Shown here one piece after another: positions 52,810 to 63,544 of a DNA stretch of 64,000 nt. The position numbers and the translations under genes are program-made. The notes beneath the pieces were generated by a model. It had not been told where the DNA came from. It did not search any database and saw nothing but the letters and a program-made list of their open reading frames with translations. Source of the stretch: Mobula hypostoma (lineage: Eukaryota); assembly GCF_963921235.1 (NCBI RefSeq), contig NC_086097.1:185816001-185880000 (forward strand), given 5' to 3'. Numbering within the stretch: the first letter of the stretch is position 1; every line of letters begins with the position of its first letter.

Positions 52810-53413
52810 ATATGATAGAATATCAAAGCAAGGATGTAATGTTGAGACTTTATAAGGAACTGGTGAGGCCTCACTTGGAGTATTGTGAACAGTTCTGGGT
52901 CCCTTATTTTTTGGAAGGATGTGCTGAAACTGGAGAGGGTTCAAAGGAGATTCACAAAAATGATTCCGGGTTTGAATAGCTTGTCATATGAAGAGTGTTT
53001 ACTGGCTCTGGGCCTGTATTGATTAGAATTCTGAAGAATGAGGGTGACCTCATTGAAACCTGTCGAATGGTGAAAGGACTTAATAGAGTGGACATGGAGA
53101 AGATGTTTCCTATGGTGGGACATTCTAAGACCAGAGGACACAGCCTCAGAATAGAGGAGCGTCCTTTTAAAATGGAGATGAGGAGAAATTTCTTTAGACA
53201 GAGGGTGGTGAATCTGTGGAATTCTTTGCCACAGGCAGCTGTGGAGGCCAGGTCTTTATGTATATTTAAGGCAAAGGTTGATAGATTCGTGATTAGTTAT
53301 GGTATAAAGGGATACGGGGAGAAGACAGAAGATTGGGGCTGAGAGGAAGATTGAATCTGCCAGGATCTGCAATGGAACAGACTTGATGGGCCAAATGGCC
53401 TATATGTTATGGT
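52810..53413 (+). mobile_element. CR1 LINE 3' part
   Basis: LVRPHLEYCEQFW, GDLIET, NFFRQRVVNLWNSLP. Confidence 0.88.
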
Positions 53414-54399
53414 CAAATTGTATGCTTGGTGCCTGTTATCAATGAAAATAAGCAACAAGAGGTTACAGTAGGAATCTCCCAGGGACAGTCTTTGTTAATC
53501 TAGAGGTGTACAGGCTTCAGAATAGGTTTTAGGAAGTGACAGGATGTGTAGTTTGTTGATCATTGATTATGGAAGGTCCAAAAGATAAGCTGGCCCTACT
53601 GGAAGAGAGTCTAAGGACTCCTTGCAATTGTGGAGGAATCAGTCCTGCTCATTTTGATTCTCAAGGAACACTATACTAAAGAATTAATTTCTGAGGCCAG
53701 ATGTTTCCCCCTCATGTATTTCCAGATCCTTTTGAGAAAGATTTAAATGTGTTAATAATGCATTGCATTTCCAAGATGGGATCTCTGTATAGCACAACGG
53801 CATCATAATGTGGTATAAACTCAAAAGATTGGTGTTTTATAATTGTTGAATTTACTTGTTGCCCCGACCCCAATTGATGATCTTCTCTCCTGCTTGACAT
53901 TGAGCAATTAACATTGAATACAAGGTCAAGCAAGTTTCAGCATCAAAGAAGGATTCAAAAAATATTTAAACTGAGAAAAGATTAATATACATTTTAAAAA
54001 CTTCATTATGAATCAATTGTACGTAATTGTACTGAAGATGGCCTGTACTTGAAATACATCCATCAGCTGAGTAGTATGGTCACAATTAGATTTTGCCAGA
54101 AAACAGCAGAGCAGATGTTGAGCGACAAGCATGCAACACTTCCTACCCCAGCTCAGACTGTCCTGATGGACTTCGATCAGCTTTTGCTATCAACAGCCTT
54201 TCAAACTGCTCACAAATCTCTCTGGTGATAAGGAATATTTATTTAAAATAGAATTTAATTAAAATAATTCAAAGTAACACAATATCAGACTGAGATTAAG
54301 CTTCTCCCCATAGTTGGCTTTAAAGCATCTAGAATAAAACAAATAAACTCAAAACCCTTTGGACCATAATGTTTTACAGCTATATAAAAAGTAAAGAGG

Positions 54400-55068
54400 T
54401 GGCTTGGGAGAGAGAGACTTCTTAGGGATCTGCAGGGCCGCCAATGACTTGAGCCACAGGAGATGGGTGGGATTTTTAATGAATAGTTTGCTTGATATTT
54501 GCTGAAGGGAAAAACGTGGCTGTTCGAGAGACAAGAGAAACAAGTGGAGATAGAGAGCATTCATATTAGCAGGGAGAATATATTTACAGTTCTTACAATA
54601 TATTAAGGTGGATACATTCCCAGGGCCCAAGTGAGTACATCCTCATACTTTACAAAAGAAATTAAGGAGGCCATTGCAAAGATATTTACTTCATCATTAG
54701 CCACTGGTGAAGTTACGGGAAACTGGAAGGTAGCTAATGTTATTCTGTTTTTAAGAGTAGCAAGGTCAAGCCAGGGGAATGCAGGCCGGTTAGCCTGACA
54801 CTACTGGTGAGCTTGTTACTGGAGGGAATTCAGGGGGACATCTACCAGCATTTGGATAGAGTCTGACTGGGATGAGTCAGCATGGTTTTGTTCATGGTAA
54901 ATTGCGCCAAAAGAAGCCAAAGAAGTGTTTTTGTGCTGAAAGAAGCCAAAAAGGTCGGTGAAGGTAGCGTAGTGGATGTTATATATTTGGATTTTTGCAA
55001 GATCCCAACAAGGTCCAGTATGGAAGACTGGTTTGCAATCTTAGGATGCATGGAACCACTTGGATGGT
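54400..55068 (+). mobile_element. Old CR1 fragment (a Penelope pLTR piece follows at about 55070-55260, minus strand)
   Basis: Decayed PGP / WKVANV / QHGFVHG / VDVIYLDF motifs. Confidence 0.7.
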
Positions 55069-55907
55069 AACACACACAAAATTCTGGAGGAACTCAGGAG
55101 GGCAGGTAGCATCTATGGAAATGAATAGACTGTCGATATTTCTGGCCAAGAACTTTCTGCAGGACTGAGAAGGAAGTTGGGCGGGGGGGGGGGGGAGATG
55201 CCAAAATAAAAAGCTGGGGGGAGGGGAAAGAGGAGCTAGTTGGAAGGAGATAGGTGGTCAGGTGTGTTGTATTACCCTATAACTCTATTACTTTAGAAGT
55301 GACCAATTCACTCAACTAAGAGTAACACACAGAACTTTGTAAATTGTCTGATAGAATTGTTAACCAAACCTAAGAATAGCATATCCAGTTGCATTCTTCA
55401 TACTCAGAGAGATATAGTTAAGATGTATCAGAGGGTAATCCAATGAGCAAATTTGAAGGTATTTTCTAATTTTCAATTCTGTTGCTGATATTTTACCACT
55501 TTTTTTTATAATAAAGATGGCATACAAAATGATTACTTCAATTAATTGAACTCCACAAGCTTTTGCTCTTTCAAATGAATTAATTTTATTTTATAAATTT
55601 ACGTTCACTTAATATGATAAAACAACTTATATTTCATAAAATAAACTCATGTAGTCAACTGTATTAGAATAAAGATAACCACTAGCACAAACTTAAAACC
55701 AGGAAACACGATGGGAAAGATGAGCTGTTCAAAAGTACAAAATAGCTTGATAATAAGTGACAGTTTAAAAAAGGAATCAAATGTTTCACCTGTAGATTAA
55801 TGAAATATGTGTACAAATATTCATTTTTATTCTATGTCAGTTATCAAGACCAATATTACATATAACTCGCCGGGAAGTTTTCTCTATTAATTCTACATCA
55901 CATTTAC

Positions 55908-56493
55908 TAGAAACCATAAAACATTACAGCACAGAAACAGGCCTTTTGGCCCTTCTTGGCTGTGCCGAACCATTTTTCTGCCTAGTCCCACTGACCTGCA
56001 CCTGGACCATTTCCCTCCATACATCTCTCATCCATGTACCTGTTCAAGTTTTTCTTAAATATTAAAAGTGAGCCCGCATTTACCACTTCATCTGGCAGCT
56101 CATTCCACACTCCCACCACTCTCTGTGTGAAGAAGCCCCCCCCAATATTCCCTTTAAACTTTCCCCCCTTCACCCTTAAGCCATGTCCTCTGGTTTTTTT
56201 CTCCCCTTGCCTCAGTGGAAAAAGCCTGCTTGCATTCACTCTATCTATACCCATCATAATTTTATATACCTCTATCAAATCTCCCCTCATTCTTCCACGC
56301 TTCAGGGAATAAAGTCCTAACCTATTCAACCTTTCTATGTAACTGAGTTTCTCAAGTCCCGGCAACATCCTTGTAAACCTTCTCTGCACTCTTTCAACAT
56401 CATTAATATCCTTCCTGTAATTAGGTGACCAAAACTGAACACAATACTCCAGATTCGGCCTCACCAATGTCTTATACAGCCTCACCATAACAT
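55908..56493 (-). mobile_element. Young CR1 3' fragment about 60 bp from a NECAB1 splice donor
   Basis: Open ORF 55982..56488 (LVRPNLEYCVQFWSP..ERCMEGNGPGAGQWD) plus tail. Same subfamily as 31188. Confidence 0.92.
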
Positions 56494-56553
56494 TAAAATG
56501 AAGTAATATGAAGGCAACTCGTTACACACCAGTCACATTTTAAACATGCATAC

Positions 56554-56621
56554 CTTCTTTTCCAGGCGATCAATTAGCTTTTGAAGCCTATTTATCTGGG
56601 TTACCCACTGTGTATCCTCAT
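56554..56621 (-). CDS. NECAB1: NECAB1 internal coding exon (68 bp): (x)AT-EDTQWVTQINRLQKLIDRLEKK
   Basis: Pyrimidine tract plus tatag acceptor and AAG|gtatgc donor. Translation matches the vertebrate NECAB1 segment EEDNQWMTQINRLQKLIDRLEKK as recalled. The phase 0 end fits the next exon. Confidence 0.92.
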
Positions 56622-56956
56622 CTATATAGACAGAAGATAAAAAAAGTGATTTATTTAAAATCATGATGGACCAGATTTTTCTTTTGATTAAAGATAATAG
56701 CCACTCGCCTAAATATTATTTCACTATTATTCATGCTGGTTGTGAATAGCTGCAACAGAAGCTCAGATTTAGATCAGCAAAACTGTTAATGTGTCTTTTG
56801 CTTTTCAGTTTTTTTTAGACTTAATGAGAAGAGGACAGTCTTAATTCTGAAGCATCCAAGATGTCAGTTGCCTTTTTAATTGTTTGGTATGGCTACATGT
56901 TTATTTTCTGCCATATCTCATTGTTTAAAGAATATTTGGTTTCTTTAACCAACATT

Positions 56957-57306
56957 CAAAGTTCAAAATAAATTTATTATCGAAGGACCTTATGTCTCAA
57001 TATACAATGCTGAGATTAATTTTCTTGCAGGCATACGCAGTAAATCCAAGAAACACAATAGAATCAATGAAAGGCAGCACTCACAGGACAGACAAACTGC
57101 CAATGTGCAAAAGGCAACAAACTAATCAAATACAAAAAATGATAATAATAAATAAATAAGCAATAACTATCAAGAACATGAGATGAAGAGTCTTTGAGAG
57201 TGAGTCCTTAGGTTATGGGAATAGTTCAGTGATGGGGTGAGTGAAGTTATCCCTTCTGGTTCAAGAGACTAATGATTCGGGATAAATAACTGTTGCTGAA
57301 CCTGGT
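56957..57306 (-). mobile_element. Rex1/Babar-type LINE 3' end (left half of the element split by the Penelope)
   Basis: 3' tail plus CTGAACCTGGT at 57296-57306, which is repeated at 60996-61006. Confidence 0.75.
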
Positions 57307-60033
57307 AACACACATCAAAGTTGCTGGTGAACGCAGCAGGCCGGGCAGCATCTCTAGGAAGAGGTACAGTCGACACTTCAGGCCAAGACCCTTTGTCAGG
57401 ACTAACTGAAGGAAGAGTTAGTAAGAGATTTGAAAGTGGGAGGGGGAGGGGGAGATCCAAAATGATAGGAGAAGACAGGAGGGGGAGGGATAGAGCCAAG
57501 AGCTGGACAGGTGATTGGCAAAGGGGATACGAGAGGATCATGGGATAGGGGGTCCGGGGAGAAAGACAAGGTGGGGGGGAACCCAGAGGTTGGGCAAGGG
57601 GTATAGTCAGAGGGACAGAGGGAGAAAAAAGAGAGTGAGAGAAAGAATGTGTGTATAAAAATAAATAACAGATGGGGTACGAGGGGGAGGTGGGGTGTTA
57701 GCGGAAGTTAGAGAAGTCAGTGTTCATGCCATCAGGTTGGAGGCTACCCAGACGGAATATAAGGTGTTGTTCCTCCAACCTGAGTGTGGCTTCATCTTTA
57801 CAGTAGAAGAGGACGTGGATAGACATGTCAGAATGGGAATGGGATGTGGAATTAAAATGTGTGGCCACTGGGAGATCCTGCTTTCTCTGGCGGACAGAGT
57901 GTAGGTGTTCAGCAAAGCGGTCTCCCAGTCTGCGTCGGGACTCGCCAATATATAGAAGGCCACATCGGGAGCACCGGACGCAGTATGTCACCCCAGCCGA
58001 CTCACAGGTGAAGTGTCGCCTCATCTGGAAGGACTGTCTGGGGCCCTGAATGGTGGTAAGGGAGGAAGTGTAGCACTTGTTCCGCTTAGAAGGATAAGTG
58101 CCAGGAGGGAGATCAGTGGGGAGGGATGGGGGGGACGAATGGACAAGGGAGTCGCGTAGGGAGCGATCCCTGCGGAAAGCGGGGCGGGGAAGGGAAAGAT
58201 GTGCTTAGTGGTGGGATCCCGTTGGAGGTGGCGGAAGTTACGGAGAATAATATGTTGGACCCGGAGGCTGGTGGGGTGGTAGGTGAGGACCAGGGGAACC
58301 CTATTCCTAGTGGGGTGGTGGGAGGATGGAGTGAGAGCAGATGTGCGTGAAATGGGGGAGATGCGTTTGAGTGCAGAGTTGATGGTGGAGGAAGGGAAGC
58401 CCCTTTCTTTAAAAAAGGAGGACATCTTCCTCGTCCTGGAATGAAAAGCCTCATCCTGAGAGCAGATGTGGCAGAGACGGAGGAATTGCGAGAAGGGGAT
58501 GGGATTTTTGCAAGAGACAGGGTGAGAAGAGGAATAGTCCAGATAGCTGTGAGAGTCAGTAGGCTTATAGTAGACATCAGTGGATAAGCTGTCTCCAGAG
58601 ACAGAGACAGAAAGATCTAGAAAGGGGAGGAAGGTGTCGGAAATGGACCAGGTAAACTTGAGGGCAGGGTGAAAGTGGGAGGCAAAGTTAATGAAGTCAA
58701 CAAGCTCAGCATGCATGCAGGAAGCAGCACCAATGCAGTCGTCGATGTAGCGAAGGAAAAGTGGAGGACAGATACCAGAATAGGTACGAAACATAGATTG
58801 TTCCATAAAGCCAACAAAAAGGCAGGCATAGCTACGACCCATACGGGTGCCCATAGCTACACCTTTAGTTTGGAGGAAGTGGGAGGAGCCAAAGGAGAAA
58901 TTATTAAGAGTAAGGACTAATTCCGCTAGACAGAGCAGAGTGGTGGTAGAGGGGAACTGATTAGGTCTGGAATCCAGAAAGAAGCGTAGAGCTTTGAGAC
59001 CTTCCTGATGGGGGATGGAAGTATATAGGGACCGGACATCCATGGTGAAAATAAAGCGGCAAGGGCCAGGGAACTTAAAATCATCGAAAAGTTTAAGAGC
59101 GTGAGAAGTGTCACAAACATAGGTAGGAAGGGATTGAACAAAGGGGGATAAAACGATGTCGAGGTATGCAGATACAAGTTTGGTGGGGCGGGAGCAAGCT
59201 GAGACAATAGGTCTGCCAGGACAGGCAGGTTTGTGGATCTTGGGTAGGAGGTAGAAACGGGAAGTGCGGGGTGTGGGAACTATAAGGTTGGTAGCAGTGG
59301 ATGGGAGATCCGCTGAGCGGATAAAGTCGGTGATGGTGTGGGAGACAATGGCCTGGTGCTCCTTAGTGGGGTCACGATCGAGGGGTAAATAAGAGGAGGT
59401 ATCTGTGAGTTGTCGCTGTGCCTCGGCAAGGTAGAGGTCAGTACGCCAGACTACAACAGCACCCCCCTCATCGGCGGGTTTAAAAATAAGGTTAGGATTA
59501 GTGCGGAGGGAGTGGATAGCAGAGCGTTCGGAAGGAGTGAGGTTGGAATGGGAACAAGGTGCGGTGAAGTTTGGAGGAGATGGTAAAGACCTGGCACGGA
59601 TGAGGCTGGGATCAGAGGGGGGAGGGGGGAGGCTGGGGGTGTCAGTGGAGAGGGGAGGGTTGGGGTGAGAGAAAGATGGAGCCCCTGAGTACCCAGGAGC
59701 TGACGATGGGATCTGAAGGAGATGGGACTGCAGAGTATTGCTGGGGGAGGGGGAGACAGGAGTCACAATAGCAGCACATAAAGACCCGGCCTGGAGTTCA
59801 AGGCTGGAGGCACAGTTGGTGGTTGCGCAATCGCTTTGAAGGTGTCCATGGTCGTTGCTGGAGTCCGGGTTTTGAATATGCCCTGAGGTGTTGGAGCCGG
59901 CGAGATCAATGGCAGAGGCAATCTGAAGTTCATGCCTACAAAAGGAATTCTGCAGATGCTGGAAATTCAAGCAACACACATCAAAGTTGCTGGTGAACGC
60001 AGCAGGCCAGGCAGCATCTCTAGGAAGGGGTAC

Positions 60034-60069
60034 ACTCGACGTTTCAGGCCGAGACCCTTCTTCAGGACT
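60034..60069 (-). ncRNA. Hammerhead motif copy (CUGAAGA core, one stem I mismatch)
   Basis: AGUC-CUGAAGA-AGGGUCUCGGCCU-GAAA-CGUC-GAGU. Confidence 0.62.
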
Positions 60070-60658
60070 AACTGAAGGAAGAGTGAGTAAGAGATCCCGA
60101 TGTGGCCTTTTATATATTGGTAAGACCCGACGCAGACTGGGAGACCGCTTTGCTGAACACCTACGCTCTGTCCGGCAGAGAAAGCAGAATCTCCCAGTGG
60201 CCACACATTTCAATTCCACATCCCATTTCCATTCTGACATGTCTATCCACGGCCTCCTCTACTGTAAAGATGAAGCCACACTCAGGTAGGAGGAACAACA
60301 CCTTATATTCCCTCTGGGTAGCCTCCAACCTGATGGCATGAACATTGACTTCTCAGACTTCCGCTAATGCCCCACCTCCCCCTCGTACCCCATCCATTAT
60401 TTATTTATATACACCCATTCTTTCTCTCACTCTCCTTTTTCTCCCTCTGTCCCTCTGACTATACCCCTTGCCCATCCTCTGGGTTCCCCCCACCGTCTTT
60501 CTTCCCGGACCTCCTGTCTGATGATCCTCTCGTATCCCTTTTGCCAACCAACTGTCCAGCTCTTGGCTCCATCCTTCCCCCTCCTGTCTTCTCCTATCAT
60601 TTTGGATCTCCCCCTCCCCCTCCAACTTTCAAATCTCTTACTCACTCCTCCTTCAGTT

Positions 60659-60694
60659 AGTCCTGACGAAGGGTCTCAGCCTGAAACGTCGACT
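60659..60694 (+). ncRNA. Minimal type-I hammerhead ribozyme motif (Penelope pLTR), core intact
   Basis: AGUC-CUGACGA-A-GGGUCUCAGCCU-GAAA-CG-UC|GACU: stem I AGUC/GACU, conserved CUGANGA and GAAA boxes, GUC triplet, palindromic ACGU in place of stem III. Confidence 0.72.
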
Positions 60695-60995
60695 GTACCT
60701 CTTCCTAGAGATGCTGCCTGGCCTGCTGCTTTCACGAACAACTTTGACGTGTGTTGCCTGAAGTTCATGCCTGCTCGTTTCAGGGCCAGCAGGCTCTGGG
60801 GTCCACAGATGTAGGATCTCGCAATCTTTGCCTAACATAACAAAGTCAAAAAAACAGCGATTGCAGGCATGGATCTGACAGAGGATGAAATAACGGGTAG
60901 GACCATTACAGACGGCGAAGAAAGTGTCCCGAATGTGTGGAAGGGTCTGGGCTCCTGTACCCCTACACTGAACCTCCTGGGCTCAGACCCCTTCA

Positions 60996-62130
60996 CTGAA
61001 CCTGGTGCTGTGGGTCCTGAGGCTCCTGTACCTTCTTCCTGATGGCAGTAGTGAGAAGAAAGTACGGCCTGCCCTGGATGGTTGGGGTCTTGATGATCGA
61101 TGCTACTTTACCAATAATGGACTGGGCCAATTCGACTACATTCAAGGGCATTGATGTTTCCATCCCAGGCTGTGATGCAACCAGTCAATACACTTTCCAC
61201 CACATATCTATAGAAGTTTGTCAAAGTTTTAGATGTTGTGCTGAATCTTCACAAACTTCTATGAAAGTAGGAGCACTGCAGTACTTTCTTCATAATTACA
61301 CTTACATGCTAGGCCCAGGCCAGATCCTCTGAAATGATAACATTGAGGAATTTAAAGTTGCTGACCCTCTCCACCTCTCATACCCTGATGAGGACTGGCT
61401 CATGGATCTCTGGTTTCCCTCTCCTGAAAACAGTAATCAACTTCTTGGTCTTGATAACTTTGAGTGAGAGGTTATTTTGGCACCACTTAGCCAGATTTTC
61501 AATCTCCCTCCTACATGCTGATTTGTCACCATATTTGACTTGCCCAACGACAGTGATGTTGTCAGCAAATTTGAATATGGCATTGGAGTTGTGCTTAGCC
61601 ACACAGACATAAGTATAAAGCGAGTAGAGCAGGGGTCTAAGCAAACGTATTGTACCTGTGCTAACGTTGTTGTCTGTCTGAACTGACTGGGGTCTGCAAG
61701 TGAGGAAATCAAGGCTCCAATTGCACAATGAAGAACTAAGGACAAGGTCTTGAAGTTTGTTGATTAGTTTTGAGGGGATGGTAGTATTGAATGCCGAGCA
61801 ATAGTTGATAAATCCTGATGTATGCATCTTTGCTGTCCAGATATTTCAGGGTTGAGTGAGGAGCCAGTGAAGTGGATCTGTTGTGCTGGGAGGCAAATGG
61901 AGCAGTTCTGTCGTCTCTCAGGCAGGAGTTGATATCTTTCATCACCACCCTCTTAAAACAGTTCATCACAGTGGATGTAAGTGGCAGTAGATGATAGTCA
62001 TTGAGGCAGATTACCATGTTCTTCTTAGGCTTGGGTGTAACTGAAGCACACTATTGAGGATAAAGGCATTGGTGAACACTCCAGCTAGTTGATCGCCACA
62101 GGTCTTTAGTACTCAGGGTACTAACCCAGG
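60996..62130 (-). mobile_element. Rex1/Babar-type LINE RT (right half)
   Basis: [45 protein letters not shown] (ORFs 61378..61827, 61736..62017). Confidence 0.85.
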
Positions 62131-62619
62131 GTGAATATTTTCCATAGTATACTCCATAAGCTGCCTTCCCACTCACTAACCTGTCTCTATCCCCTTGCAT
62201 ATACTTCACAGACCACTTCCCTCACAACTTTATAGACTGTACAAAGTCAGTCTTTGTCATTGAAATTAAGTGTAGTGAGGTCTCAGTACTGATTTCTGAG
62301 CTTCTCAACCATTACCAGTCTACCAATTTAAATGTGATCTATTATTCCAACTCTCATTTACGTCATTTAACCAATTATCTATGCATATGCACACTAATAA
62401 GTTACCCAGAACAGCATGTAACAGTCTGGAATATTATCAAATGCCTTTTTAAAATCTCCGAACACTGGATCAAACCATCACTTCTATTCTACAGTGTAGA
62501 GTAGGCCCTTCTGGCCCCTCAAGCAGGGCTGCCCCAGCAATCCCCAACAATCCTGATTTTACTCTAACCTAATCACAGGACAACTTACAACGATAAACAC
62601 TTCGGACAGGCACTTGCTG

Positions 62620-63540
62620 TAGCCAATCGCGACTGAGCAAATTCACTTCTTCTCCCTTATAGTGATATGCACTGGTAGTGTGATTGATTTTCATGCTGAA
62701 GGAGAGCCCTGCCACAACCAAAACTGCTGTATCTGATCCCCCCTAAAAGTCTTCAGTCTGTAATGTGGTGGTGTAAGTTTCTTCAAAGGGTCAGGTCCAA
62801 ACATATCTACCCATGTCATTTCACTGCTGAGAGTAATAGGACATCCAGAGTTGAGTTCAAAGAGAATGGGTCTACTGTTAATCTTCAAAACCATCTGTAC
62901 AGGGGGAGCTGGCCCTAGACTATCTGAGCACATTATGAACCCCTCCAACTCTGTAACCATGTATTGTGCTGCTGTGGAACATTCTGGTTTGAATGGAGAC
63001 CAAAAGCATGTGAAGCGTCCTTTCTTTTGGCAAGCATATCAGACAGAACCTCTGTGTCATCAGTCAGTGGGTTTCTGATGAAATTCACCACAATGGTAAG
63101 GTTGGAAACCTAGAGTATAATTCCCTGTTTTCTTAGCTAGGGACACTCTGTTAATTCAGTATAATCTGTGGCAGTGGTAGGTGATAGGGATACTGCCTCT
63201 CCTTGAACTTTGCCCTGTTGCAACAGAACTGCATTCTTATCTGCTGTTCCCATGCCATTTGCAATGTCAAAGGCTGCCTTAAATGTGAGCTCTGATTCTG
63301 CCAACTGGCGGCATTGAATGCGAACATAACGTATGCCAACGACCAAGCGATCTCATATACCTTCTCGAACAGCTCCAAAAAATCACAAAGTTCAGTCAGA
63401 GTTCTTAATTCAGCAACAAATGTTCCCCTGAATCACTTTCTAGTTGAATACGAATGTTGAATCTAAAGCATTGCAAAATTGTAACTGATGGTTTAGGATT
63501 GTAATGAGACTCAATTAATCCCACAAGTTCCTCATAGAAT
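62620..63540 (-). mobile_element. Gypsy (Ty3) gag-protease relic
   Basis: HYNPKPSV..CFRFNIR, IQCRQLAESELTFKAAFDIANGM (gag) and INSRPILFELNSGCPITL (decayed D-S/T-G protease). Multiple frameshifts. Confidence 0.7.
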
Positions 63541-63544
63541 TTCA

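Larger units (their letters stand above)
59938..60757 (+). mobile_element. Nested Penelope insertion: inverted pLTR (59938-60092) plus GIY-YIG end and pLTR (60093-60757)
   Basis: 15-bp TSD CTGAAGTTCATGCCT at 59923-59937 and 60758-60772; GLLYIGKTRRRLGDRFAEH on the plus strand. Confidence 0.92.
57307..60950 (-). mobile_element. Penelope-like retroelement (RT plus GIY-YIG endonuclease plus pLTR), 5'-truncated, frameshifted, carrying a nested Penelope
   Basis: FYLLPKIHK..GRPIVS, TMDVRSLYTSIPH, QTKGVAMG, LRYIDD (58021..59937). GIY-YIG: VTYCVRCSRCGLLYIGESRRRLGDRFAEH (57698..58024). 11-bp TSD CTGAACCTGGT. Confidence 0.95.

Noticed and set aside
58021..60240. 739-aa ORF as an intact or novel protein
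   Set aside because: It is chimeric. The first ~100 aa read through the nested insert (antisense GIY-YIG plus pLTR), and the GIY-YIG domain is frameshifted off the end. It is a defective Penelope ORF.
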